A program made the translations under genes and the position numbers. Of a stretch of 64,000 nucleotides of DNA, positions 9,496 to 17,371 are shown piece by piece. The DNA is from an uncultured Candidatus Saccharibacteria bacterium (lineage in GTDB: Bacteria; Patescibacteriota; Minisyncoccia; Minisyncoccales; Staskawiczbacteraceae): assembly GCA_964427585.1 (NCBI GenBank), contig CAYRVC010000001.1, positions 34,220-98,219 on the forward strand, in the 5' to 3' direction. The notes beneath the pieces are model-generated. The model was not told the DNA's origin. It ran no database searches and saw only the letters and a list, made by a program, of their open reading frames with translations. Numbering within the stretch: the first letter of the stretch is position 1; each line of letters begins with the position of its first letter.

Positions 9496-9519
9496 TTAAT
9501 GCGCAACTTAATGCGCAAC
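9496..9519. repeat. Tandem direct repeat, 2 x TTAATGCGCAAC (plus a degenerate AAGGCGCAAAG)
   Basis: Two exact adjacent 12-mers read directly, located upstream of the PaaX-like gene. Confidence 0.8.
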
Positions 9520-9529
9520 CAAAGGCGCA

Positions 9530-9567
9530 AAGTGAGGTTTTTTCACTCGAGTGAAAAAACCTCACTT
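9530..9567. repeat. 38-nt perfect palindrome, copy 1 of the TTTTTTCACTCGAGTGAAAAAA family
   Basis: AAGTGAGGTTTTTTCACTCGAGTGAAAAAACCTCACTT is its own reverse complement. Confidence 0.95.
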
Positions 9568-9616
9568 TAATCGTCATTTTTATGTTATAATAAAAATAAG
9601 CATAAGAAAATAAAAA

Positions 9617-10159
9617 ATGAAAGACTCGGTGATAAAACAAATATTATTGCATTTATATGATTGTATAGATTATGGTTTCAGTTACAGGGTGAAAAAAGGT
9701 CTTTTTATTGATAGTTTATTTCCCGGCGGCTGGAAAAAATTTAGCAAAGAAGAAATAAAAGAAGGCATTAAATATTTAAAAACAACTAATTTTATTACAA
9801 GAAAAGAAGGGTATGATGGTTCGGTGATTATTTCATTAACCGAAAAAGGCAAACTTCGAGCGCTTAATATAAGATTCAAAAGATTAAATTATAAAAAAGA
9901 GCCTTGGGATAAAAAATGGCGAATGGTTGCATTTGATATTCCAAACACGCATAGAAAGGGAAGGGATGCTGTGAGGTATCGCTTGCGCACCGCAGGATTT
10001 TATGAATTGCAGGAAAGTATACTTATATATCCTTATGATTGCGAGAGTGAAATTAGAGATTTTATAACGCTGTTTAAACTCGAAAAATACGTCCGTTTTG
10101 CATTATTGGATTTTATTGATGGAGAGGATTATCTTGTAAAATTATTCAAGCTGGTTTAG
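9617..10159 (+). CDS. PaaX-like / Cas2-fold putative transcriptional regulator
   Basis: The N-terminal half is wHTH-like. WRMVAFDIPNTHRKGRDAVRYRLRTAGFYELQESILIYPYD matches the PaaX-type middle-domain pattern. The gene is visibly AT-rich. Confidence 0.55.
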   Translation: MKDSVIKQILLHLYDCIDYGFSYRVKKGLFIDSLFPGGWKKFSKEEIKEGIKYLKTTNFITRKEGYDGSVIISLTEKGKLRALNIRFKRLNYKKEPWDKKWRMVAFDIPNTHRKGRDAVRYRLRTAGFYELQESILIYPYDCESEIRDFITLFKLEKYVRFALLDFIDGEDYLVKLFKLV

Positions 10160-10193
10160 GTATGTTTTTTCACTCGAGTGAAAAAATATACCT
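10158..10193. repeat. 36-nt palindrome (1 mismatch), copy 2 of the TTTTTTCACTCGAGTGAAAAAA family
   Basis: AGGTATGTTTTTTCACTCGAGTGAAAAAATATACCT. It overlaps the TAG stop of the preceding gene. Confidence 0.95.
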
Positions 10194-10256
10194 ATTGCAC
10201 ATTTATTTTTGTGGTAGAATAAAATAAGAATATTTTTAAATTTAAATCTAAATTTT

Positions 10257-11012
10257 ATGAAAAATTTGATTGCGGGGAATTGGAAGATGAATCCGGAAAC
10301 CGAAAAAGAAGCTAAGGCTCTTTTTTTAAAAATTAAAAAAGGAATAAAAAATATAAAGAATGCCGAGGTGGTTTTGTGTCCGCCGTTTTTGTATTTGCCC
10401 GTGTTGGCCAATATTCAGCCTGGCAAGATTTTTTTAGGTTCGCAGAATTGCTTCTGGGAAGAAAAAGGCGCTTTTACCGGCGAAATTTCAGCCTTAATGT
10501 TGAAGGATTTTAAGGTAAAGTACATTATTTTGGGGCATTCTGAGCGCCGGAAATATTTTAATGAAACAAACGAGCTAATTAATAAAAAAATAAAAAAAGC
10601 ATTGGATGAGGGCCTTAAAGTTATTTTTTGCGCAGGCGAGACGGCTGAGGAGAAAAGTAGCGGAAAAAAATTAGATGCTTTAGGCCGTCAGCTTAGGGAA
10701 GGGTTAAAAAATATTCCAAAAAACAAAATAAATGGCATAAGCATTGCCTATGAACCCGTCTGGTCGATTGGAACAGGGAATAATTGTTCCGTTGAAGAAA
10801 CGATGACTTCTGTTTTATCCATAAGAAAAATAATCGCGGATTTATACGGCAGGAAATCAGCTACCGGAATGAGGATTCTTTACGGCGGAAGCGTAAACAG
10901 CAAGAATGCAGGCCACTATATAAAGGAATCTAAGGCCAACGGCCTGTTGGCAGGAGGAGCTTCAACGAACGCGGAGGAGTTTATAAAAATTGTAAAATCT
11001 TCAGAACCTTGA
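10257..11012 (+). CDS. tpiA: Triosephosphate isomerase
   Basis: IAGNWKMN, ILGHSERR, AYEPVWSIGTG, YGGSV. Confidence 0.93.
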   Translation: MKNLIAGNWKMNPETEKEAKALFLKIKKGIKNIKNAEVVLCPPFLYLPVLANIQPGKIFLGSQNCFWEEKGAFTGEISALMLKDFKVKYIILGHSERRKYFNETNELINKKIKKALDEGLKVIFCAGETAEEKSSGKKLDALGRQLREGLKNIPKNKINGISIAYEPVWSIGTGNNCSVEETMTSVLSIRKIIADLYGRKSATGMRILYGGSVNSKNAGHYIKESKANGLLAGGASTNAEEFIKIVKSSEP

Positions 11013-11169
11013 GTTACGAAATGCCTTACGAATTATTTTATTTTGGATTGCGGGCGAGACTTTGCAAAAATTTTGAGGCATATACGGAGTATTCTGCCTC
11101 AAAATTTTTACAAAGGCGCAGCCCAAGCCAAAATATAAATAATTTAAGCGCATTTTGTAACTCAAGGTT
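11005..11169 (+). repeat. Family-A nested-hairpin element (MITE-like), copy 1, about 165 nt
   Basis: Near-identical to 44273-44434. Terminal inverted repeats are AACCTTGAGTTACGAAATGCC and their complement. The central hairpin is AAAATTTTGAGGCA/TGCCTCAAAATTTT. Confidence 0.9.
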
Positions 11170-11249
11170 CATAATAAAAAGTCGTTGGATGTATCTCAAA
11201 ATATATTCGCTGATTGACATAAGGGATATTTTTTAATAGCATAAGTAAT

Positions 11250-11789
11250 ATGTCTAATATTGAGGAAAGTCAAATACTTAGCGGGGGGTTTTACAGCCCC
11301 AGCAAAGGAAATTTGGAATTTAAGGAAGTCATAAAAGATATTTTCGGGTATATGGCGGAATTTCCGGAAAATCAGTATGAAATTGTAGTTGGTTGCGATT
11401 CTCCGTCTTCAGACAAGCCGTTTTTTCCTATTGCCATAGTGGTTTTAAAAGTAGGTTTTGGCGGCCGGTTTTTTTTAAAAAAAATGAGTTATCCGGAAGC
11501 TTTTTTAAAAAAATTTGCCAATATTAACTGGAAAAACAGAATTTTGCAGGAAGTTTATTTGTCTTGCGAGCTGGCCCTTTGTTTGAAAGAAGCGCTGGAA
11601 AAAGAAGCGAAAAAGAATGCTCTAAATTTTAATTATCAATTCCAGTATATTCATGCCGACGTCGGGGAACAGGGGAAAACAAAAGAAATGGTCAAAGAAG
11701 TGGTGGGCCTGATAAGAAGCAACGGCTTTGAAGCAAGAATAAAACCCCAGTCGTTTGCCGCATCTGTGGTGGCCGACCGCTATACATAG
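11250..11789 (+). CDS. YkuK/DUF458-type RNase H-like family protein
   Basis: YEIVVGCDS...AIVVLKVGFGGRFF and HADVGEQGKTKEMV...IKPQSFAASVVADRYT match the family pattern from memory. Confidence 0.55.
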   Translation: MSNIEESQILSGGFYSPSKGNLEFKEVIKDIFGYMAEFPENQYEIVVGCDSPSSDKPFFPIAIVVLKVGFGGRFFLKKMSYPEAFLKKFANINWKNRILQEVYLSCELALCLKEALEKEAKKNALNFNYQFQYIHADVGEQGKTKEMVKEVVGLIRSNGFEARIKPQSFAASVVADRYT

Positions 11790-11962
11790 CCAATTTTATA
11801 AAAGTAAAAGTGGAATTTTTAATTTTAAATTTTTAAATAATTCTTAAATTTTTTAATTTTTAAACAACGCCGGAAACGGCGTTTTTAGTTGAACAGGGAA
11901 GAGTAAAAAATGGGTGGCTGGGCATTATTGCGTTGTAAAAATTTTTGGTATAAAATAGTTAA

Positions 11963-13837
11963 ATGACTTCAAAAGAATTACGCCAGAAATTTTTGGATTA
12001 TTTCGAAAAACACGGACACAAAATAGTGCCATCTTCTTCGCTTTTGCCGACTGACCAGAGCGTGCTTTTTTCGACTGCCGGAATGCAGCAGTTTAAGACG
12101 TATTACTTGGGGGAAAAGTCGCCTTACGGAAAAAATGTTGCTTCCTGCCAAAAGTGCATCAGAACTTCAGATATTGACGAAGTGGGCGATGAGCGACATC
12201 TAACATTTTTTGAAATGCTTGGTAATTTTTCTTTTGGCGGATATTTTAAAGAAGAAGCAATAAAATTGGCACATGATTTTATCGTTAGAGATTTGGGATT
12301 GGAAATTGATTATGTCACGGTTTTTAGCCCCGAAAAGGTTGCAGAAGGAGATTGGAGAAAGGGAGTGGAAGAAGACAAAAAATCGTTTGAGATTTGGAAA
12401 GAAATAGGTGTGCCGGAAGAAAAAATAAGAAAAGAAGGAATTGATAATTTTTGGGGGCCGACGGGCGAGGAAGGACCTTGCGGACCAACAACAGAAATTT
12501 ATGTGAATGGCATTGAAATTTGGAATATTGTTTTTAACGAATTTTTTTGTGATAAGAATAAAAGACTTAAAAAGTTAGGGCAGGAAGGAGTTGATACTGG
12601 CATGGGACTAGAAAGATTAGCAATGGTGATACAAAAAAAAGAAACAGTTTTTGAAACAGATCTATTTCAGCCTATAATTTCTAAAATTTTGTCTTTGACT
12701 GGAATAGTACACGATAGTAACAATATTCCGCTGTCTGTTTACCCACATGGTGCTATAGGGTCAAATTTAAGCCAAGAGGAATCTGTTATATCAGTGAGGG
12801 TAGCCGTTGACCATATTAAAGCAGCGACATTCTTAATCGCTGACGGCGTTGTGTCATCTAATAAGGGTAGAGGGTATATTTTAAGGCGTTTAATTCGAAG
12901 AATAATTACGCGTGGTAGGCGGATAGGAATTATGAAGATTGGGTCAGAAAATTTTCTATCAGAGTTAGCGGAAGTAGTTATAAAACAATATGGATCACAT
13001 TATCGAGAACTAATTAATAATCGTAGTAAAATTTTATCTGAACTTGATAAAGAAGAAACTAAATTTAGAGTAACCTTAACGGCCGGGTTGAGAAAAATGG
13101 AAGAGTATGTTGCGAAAAAAAATAATAATAGTCAATTTGCAGAAAGGGATAGAACTGATTTTAGATCTAAAAGTGACGATTTTATTAATTTAATTTCCGG
13201 CAAAGATGCATTCGATTTATATCAAACTTATGGATTTCCTCCAGAATTGTTAAATGAAGAATTGGCTCGATATGCAATGGGTTATCATAAAGAAGAATTT
13301 AAAGAAGAATTTAAAAAAGAACTAGAAAAACACCAAGAACTTTCGCGCACCGCTTCAGCCGGGATGTTCAAAGGAGGATTGGCGGATGAAAGCGAAAAAA
13401 CCGTAAAACTCCATACTGCGGCTCATTTGATGCTGGCCGGTTTAAGGAAGATTTTGGGGGAAACAGTGGTCCAGAAAGGAAGCAATATTACCAGAGAGAG
13501 ATTAAGGTTTGATTTTTCTTATGGTAAAAAAATGACAAAGGAGCAGATAGACGAGACAGAGAAGTTTGTAAATGATATAATAAAAAAAGACCTGCCTGTA
13601 TGGTTTGAAGAAATGCCATTTCAAAAAGCCAGAGAGATAAACGCCACAGGAGTTTTTGAATCGAAATACAGAGAAATGGTAAAGGTTTATTTCGCAGGCA
13701 AGGGAGAGGAAAATGTCAGCAAAGAAATTTGCGGAGGGCCCCACGTTGAGAGAACGGGAATTTTAGGGCATTTTAAAATACAAAAAGAAGAATCTTCTTC
13801 CGCCGGAATAAGAAGGATAAAGGCGGTGTTAGAATAA
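11963..13837 (+). CDS. alaS: Alanine--tRNA ligase, short form (ends after the editing domain)
   Basis: MTSKELRQKFLDYFEKHGH...SLLP...LFSTAGMQQFK...FEMLGNFSFGGYFK...GMGLERL; editing-domain motifs HTAAHLM and CGGPHV. Confidence 0.93.
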   Translation: MTSKELRQKFLDYFEKHGHKIVPSSSLLPTDQSVLFSTAGMQQFKTYYLGEKSPYGKNVASCQKCIRTSDIDEVGDERHLTFFEMLGNFSFGGYFKEEAIKLAHDFIVRDLGLEIDYVTVFSPEKVAEGDWRKGVEEDKKSFEIWKEIGVPEEKIRKEGIDNFWGPTGEEGPCGPTTEIYVNGIEIWNIVFNEFFCDKNKRLKKLGQEGVDTGMGLERLAMVIQKKETVFETDLFQPIISKILSLTGIVHDSNNIPLSVYPHGAIGSNLSQEESVISVRVAVDHIKAATFLIADGVVSSNKGRGYILRRLIRRIITRGRRIGIMKIGSENFLSELAEVVIKQYGSHYRELINNRSKILSELDKEETKFRVTLTAGLRKMEEYVAKKNNNSQFAERDRTDFRSKSDDFINLISGKDAFDLYQTYGFPPELLNEELARYAMGYHKEEFKEEFKKELEKHQELSRTASAGMFKGGLADESEKTVKLHTAAHLMLAGLRKILGETVVQKGSNITRERLRFDFSYGKKMTKEQIDETEKFVNDIIKKDLPVWFEEMPFQKAREINATGVFESKYREMVKVYFAGKGEENVSKEICGGPHVERTGILGHFKIQKEESSSAGIRRIKAVLE

Positions 13838-13846
13838 AATATCAAT

Positions 13847-15205
13847 ATGGCAAAAAAAATATATGACATCAAGCCGCCGGAATTGGCAGACAAACTTCAA
13901 GAGAAGGCGGAGATTGGCGTAAAAAAAGACAACCTAAAGAGCAAAACCAAAAAACCCGATTTTTTGGCATTAAAGAAAAAAACCGGCAAAAAGAAATCAC
14001 AGCCCGCCTTCGCTAAAGCTATAGCGGGCAGGCAAAAGAGCGATAAAAATATTCTGCTTGTTAAAATTTTTACGGGAGCAGGGATATTCGCCGCAATATT
14101 TATCATATATTTGTTTTTTAAGCTGCCCATGGCGAAAGTGGACATTTGGCCTAAAACGGAAACAGTAAATTTTCAGGAAACAGTGGTGGCCGATACTTCG
14201 ATAGTTTACGTTGACGTGGACAATAAAGTTATTCCGGCCGCCTATTTTGAAGAAGAAATGGAATTTTCCAGGGAATTTCCGGCCACGGGGAACAGTTCAA
14301 ACGACGGGAAAGCCGGAGGGACATTCATAATTTACAATAAATGCGATTTTTTCCAGCCCGTTATATTAAAAACAGGAACGCATTTTATTTCCGATTCCGA
14401 CAAATATTTCAAAATACTTTCAAAAGCCGTTGTGCCCTCGGCCAGGAAAGAAGGGGGAAAAATAATTCCCGGATCTGTTTTGGCAGAGGTTGAGGCGTCA
14501 GAAGGAGGAGAGGAATACAATATAAAACCGGCAAGTTTTTCGGTTCCCAAATTCGCCGGTACGGTTTATTATTACTGCATATACGCCCAGTCAAAAGACG
14601 CAATGGCCGGGGGATTTTCTTCGGCAGTCAAAAAAATTACGGAAGAAGACATCCAAAACGCCAGGGATGCGGTTGAAAAGCAACTTTTGACAGATATTGA
14701 AAATTCTTTGAAAAGCAAAATTTCATCCGATCATGTTATTATAAGCAACGCCATTTCGTCAAAGATAGTTTCAAGGGAAAGCGCCACGAAAGCCGGAGTA
14801 GCGATAGACAAATTCAATTACAGCGCCAAAGCAAAGGCGAGCTCTTTGGTTTTTAAAAAGGCGGATTTGGACAAGTTCGCGGCAGGTTATATCGTTTCCA
14901 AAATGGAAGAGAAAAAGAGGCTGGTTCAGGAAAGCCTCGATGTCAAATACAACGCGGATACTGTTGACTTTGATTGGGGTAAAATCGCCCTTAAGCTGGA
15001 ATTTTCAGGAAAAATATACGGAGAAATAGATAAAAATTCCCTGGCATTTTTATTAAGGCGAAAAACAGGCGACCAGATAAACGAAACGGTAAACAACAAC
15101 CTGGGAGACAGGGTTTCAAAAGTCAAGGTTAATTTTTGGCCATTTTGGGTGAAAAAATCCCCCAAAAACCAGAAATCAATTACTGTTGAATTGAGGTTTG
15201 ATTGA
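13847..15205 (+). CDS. Membrane-anchored orphan protein (Lys-rich N-terminus, one TM, large extracytoplasmic domain)
   Basis: 452-aa ORF with the TM segment IFTGAGIFAAIFIIYLFF. I recognised no catalytic motif. Confidence 0.6.
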   Translation: MAKKIYDIKPPELADKLQEKAEIGVKKDNLKSKTKKPDFLALKKKTGKKKSQPAFAKAIAGRQKSDKNILLVKIFTGAGIFAAIFIIYLFFKLPMAKVDIWPKTETVNFQETVVADTSIVYVDVDNKVIPAAYFEEEMEFSREFPATGNSSNDGKAGGTFIIYNKCDFFQPVILKTGTHFISDSDKYFKILSKAVVPSARKEGGKIIPGSVLAEVEASEGGEEYNIKPASFSVPKFAGTVYYYCIYAQSKDAMAGGFSSAVKKITEEDIQNARDAVEKQLLTDIENSLKSKISSDHVIISNAISSKIVSRESATKAGVAIDKFNYSAKAKASSLVFKKADLDKFAAGYIVSKMEEKKRLVQESLDVKYNADTVDFDWGKIALKLEFSGKIYGEIDKNSLAFLLRRKTGDQINETVNNNLGDRVSKVKVNFWPFWVKKSPKNQKSITVELRFD

Positions 15206-15221
15206 ATCGTTCAAAATACTA

Positions 15222-15250
15222 TTGACTATTATAAGCTTATCTGATATCAT
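15222..15250 (+). promoter_or_regulatory. Sigma-70-like promoter for infA
   Basis: TTGACT (15222-15227), a 17-nt spacer, then TATCAT (15245-15250). Confidence 0.5.
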
Positions 15251-15270
15251 TAAAAATATTAAATTTATAA

Positions 15271-15507
15271 ATGATTGCCGGAGGCAATAAAAATTCCAAA
15301 GATATTATCAAAAGAGAAGGAAGGGTGATTGAGGCTTTGCCCAATGCCTTTTTTAAAGTAATTTTGGACGACCAAAAAGAGATTTTAGGCTTTCTTTCAG
15401 GGAAGATGAGAATGAATAAAATAAGTATTTTGCCAGGAGATAAAGTAATGATAGAGATGACTCCTTACGACGAAAATAAGGGGAGGATTGTTTACAGGCT
15501 AAGGTGA
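15271..15507 (+). CDS. infA: Translation initiation factor IF-1
   Basis: EGRVIEALPNAFFKVILDD...GKMRMNKISILPGDKVMIEMTPYD...GRIVYR. Confidence 0.94.
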   Translation: MIAGGNKNSKDIIKREGRVIEALPNAFFKVILDDQKEILGFLSGKMRMNKISILPGDKVMIEMTPYDENKGRIVYRLR

Positions 15508-15513
15508 GAATCC

Positions 15514-15556
15514 GAACCGAGTTTGCCCGGCACTTGATTTTTTGAGTGCTCGGTTC
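15514..15556 (+). terminator. Imperfect hairpin or attenuator between infA and rpmJ
   Basis: GAACCGAG pairs with CTCGGTTC, with inner GCACT/AGTGC pairing, followed by TTGATTTTATT. Confidence 0.3.
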
Positions 15557-15585
15557 TTGATTTTATTCGTTGAAGTTCTGATATT

Positions 15586-15702
15586 ATGAAAACAAGGCCA
15601 TCAATAAAAAAAATTTGCAAAGATTGTAAGCTCGTCCGCCGCGAGGGGCGCATTTATATTATCTGTAAAAAAAATCCCAAACACAAACAACGTCAGGGTT
15701 AA
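15586..15702 (+). CDS. rpmJ: 50S ribosomal protein L36
   Basis: Absent from the ORF track (under 60 aa). Manual translation gives [38 protein letters not shown]. Confidence 0.92.
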   Translation: MKTRPSIKKICKDCKLVRREGRIYIICKKNPKHKQRQG

Positions 15703-15712
15703 TATATACAAT

Positions 15713-16102
15713 ATGCCGAGATTAGTAGGGGTGAATATACCCGAAAATAAAAGAATAGAAATTGCTTTAACCTATGTTTACGGAATAGGCCGGGCTTTGA
15801 GTAAAAAAATATTGGAGCAGGCAAAGGTTGATTTTAATAAAAAGGCTAAAGATTTGACAACCCAGGAGATCAACGGATTAAAAGAAATCATTGAAAAAAA
15901 TCATAAAATAGAGGGAGATTTGAGAAGGCACGTGATGATGAACGTAAAAAGGCTGAAAGACATCGGCGCGTGGAGGGGCATGAGGCACATAAAAGGCCTG
16001 CCCGCAAGAGGCCAGAGGACAAAAACCAACACGAGAACAGTCAGGGGAAATGTAAGGAAGACAATGGGTTCTGGCCGCCGGTCTCCATCAGCGCCGACAT
16101 AA
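15713..16102 (+). CDS. rpsM: 30S ribosomal protein S13
   Basis: MPRLVGVNIPENKRIEIALTYVYGIG...WRGMRH..GLPARGQRTKTN. Confidence 0.95.
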   Translation: MPRLVGVNIPENKRIEIALTYVYGIGRALSKKILEQAKVDFNKKAKDLTTQEINGLKEIIEKNHKIEGDLRRHVMMNVKRLKDIGAWRGMRHIKGLPARGQRTKTNTRTVRGNVRKTMGSGRRSPSAPT

Positions 16103-16113
16103 AATAGAAATCT

Positions 16114-16569
16114 ATGGGGAAAAAACATATTGTAAAAACAAATCAGGAAGAGATTATAAAAGAGGGAGAGAAGGTGGAGCAGGCAGTAAAAAAAGAAGTC
16201 AAAGTAAAGTCTGCCTCTGTTGACGCCAGAAACTGTAAAATATACATATCTTCTTCGTATAATAATACGTTGATGACCCTTACAAATTTAAAGGGCCAAG
16301 TTTTGGCTTTCAAGTCCGCGGGATCAGTGGGTTTTAAAGGAACGAAAAAGGCCACTTCTTTTGCCGCCTCAAGGGTGGCTGAAGCCATAGCCAATATCTG
16401 TAAAAAGTTTAATGTTGAAAAAACCGAGGTTCTGGTCAAGGGAATAGGGGCCGGCCGAGAATCGGCAGTAAGGACTTTGGTTAACCAGGGAATAAATATT
16501 ATCGCAATCAGGGATATAACGCCCTCTCCCCACAACGGTTGCCGGCCCAAAAAAGTAAGGCGCGTATAA
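16114..16569 (+). CDS. rpsK: 30S ribosomal protein S11 (N-terminal extension)
   Basis: IYISSSYNNTLMTLTNLKGQVLAFKSAGSVGFKGTKKATSFAA...PHNGCRPKKVRRV. Confidence 0.94.
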   Translation: MGKKHIVKTNQEEIIKEGEKVEQAVKKEVKVKSASVDARNCKIYISSSYNNTLMTLTNLKGQVLAFKSAGSVGFKGTKKATSFAASRVAEAIANICKKFNVEKTEVLVKGIGAGRESAVRTLVNQGINIIAIRDITPSPHNGCRPKKVRRV

Positions 16570-16596
16570 AATTAAGACCGCGCAAATGCCACAAAT

Positions 16597-17226
16597 ATGA
16601 AAGACGATCAATGTAAAATTTGCAGGACATTCGGCCAGAAGCTCTTTTTGAAAGGAGAGCGTTGTTTGTCTCCAAAATGCGCCATTACCAGAAGGGCATA
16701 CTCTCCCAATGCTCAGAAAAAAAGAAAAAAAGGCGCGCCTTCCGGATATAAAAAATCGCTGGAACAAAAACAGGCTATTAAAAAATGGTATGGTCTTTCT
16801 GAAAAACAATTTAAGAAATATGTTAATGAGACATTGAAAAAAATAGGCAAGGTGGAAAATGTTTCAGAAGAGCTTGTAAAAAAGCTGGAAAAAAGGCTGG
16901 ATAATGTCATTTTTCGGCTGGGGCTTGCCAAATCCAGGCCGCAGGCCAGGCAAATGGTCAGCCACGGATATTTTTTGATAAACGGCAAACGGGTCAATAT
17001 TCCATCTTATTCGGTTAAAAAAGAAGACAAAGTTTCTTTGAAAGAATCGAAGAAGAAAAAAACAATTTTAAAAGACATATCAGCCGAATTGAAAAATAGG
17101 GAAGCTCCAGTGTGGCTTTTGCTGGACAGGGAAAAGCTGGAAGCAAAGGTGGTGGCTGACCCAACTATGGAAGAAGCCAATCCGCCCGCTGAAATCTCTT
17201 TAGTTTTTGAATTTTATTCACGTTAA
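16597..17226 (+). CDS. rpsD: 30S ribosomal protein S4
   Basis: CKICRTFGQKLFLKGERC.SPKC...RLDNVIFRLGLAKSRPQARQMVSHGYFLINGKRVNIPSY. Confidence 0.94.
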   Translation: MKDDQCKICRTFGQKLFLKGERCLSPKCAITRRAYSPNAQKKRKKGAPSGYKKSLEQKQAIKKWYGLSEKQFKKYVNETLKKIGKVENVSEELVKKLEKRLDNVIFRLGLAKSRPQARQMVSHGYFLINGKRVNIPSYSVKKEDKVSLKESKKKKTILKDISAELKNREAPVWLLLDREKLEAKVVADPTMEEANPPAEISLVFEFYSR

Positions 17227-17371
17227 AATACGAATTTTATAATTTTTAATTTTATAATTTTGCAAATAATTTTTTAATAACAGAATTTTTAAACACGACA
17301 GCGTTGTTTAGAAATTTAAAAATTAGAGAATTACTTAAAAATTAAAAATTGGAAATTAAAAATTTAGCAAT
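17227..17371. repeat. AT-only imperfect long inverted repeat in the rpsD-rpoA spacer
   Basis: Arms built from AATTTTTAATTTTATAATTTT-type units flank a central AAACACGACAGCGTTGTTT. Confidence 0.5.

Noticed and set aside
11009-11236. Mirror-image ORFs (75 aa on +, 60 aa on -) inside family-A element copy 1.
   Set aside because: Both are by-products of the palindromic repeat. The second element copy does not preserve the reading frames.
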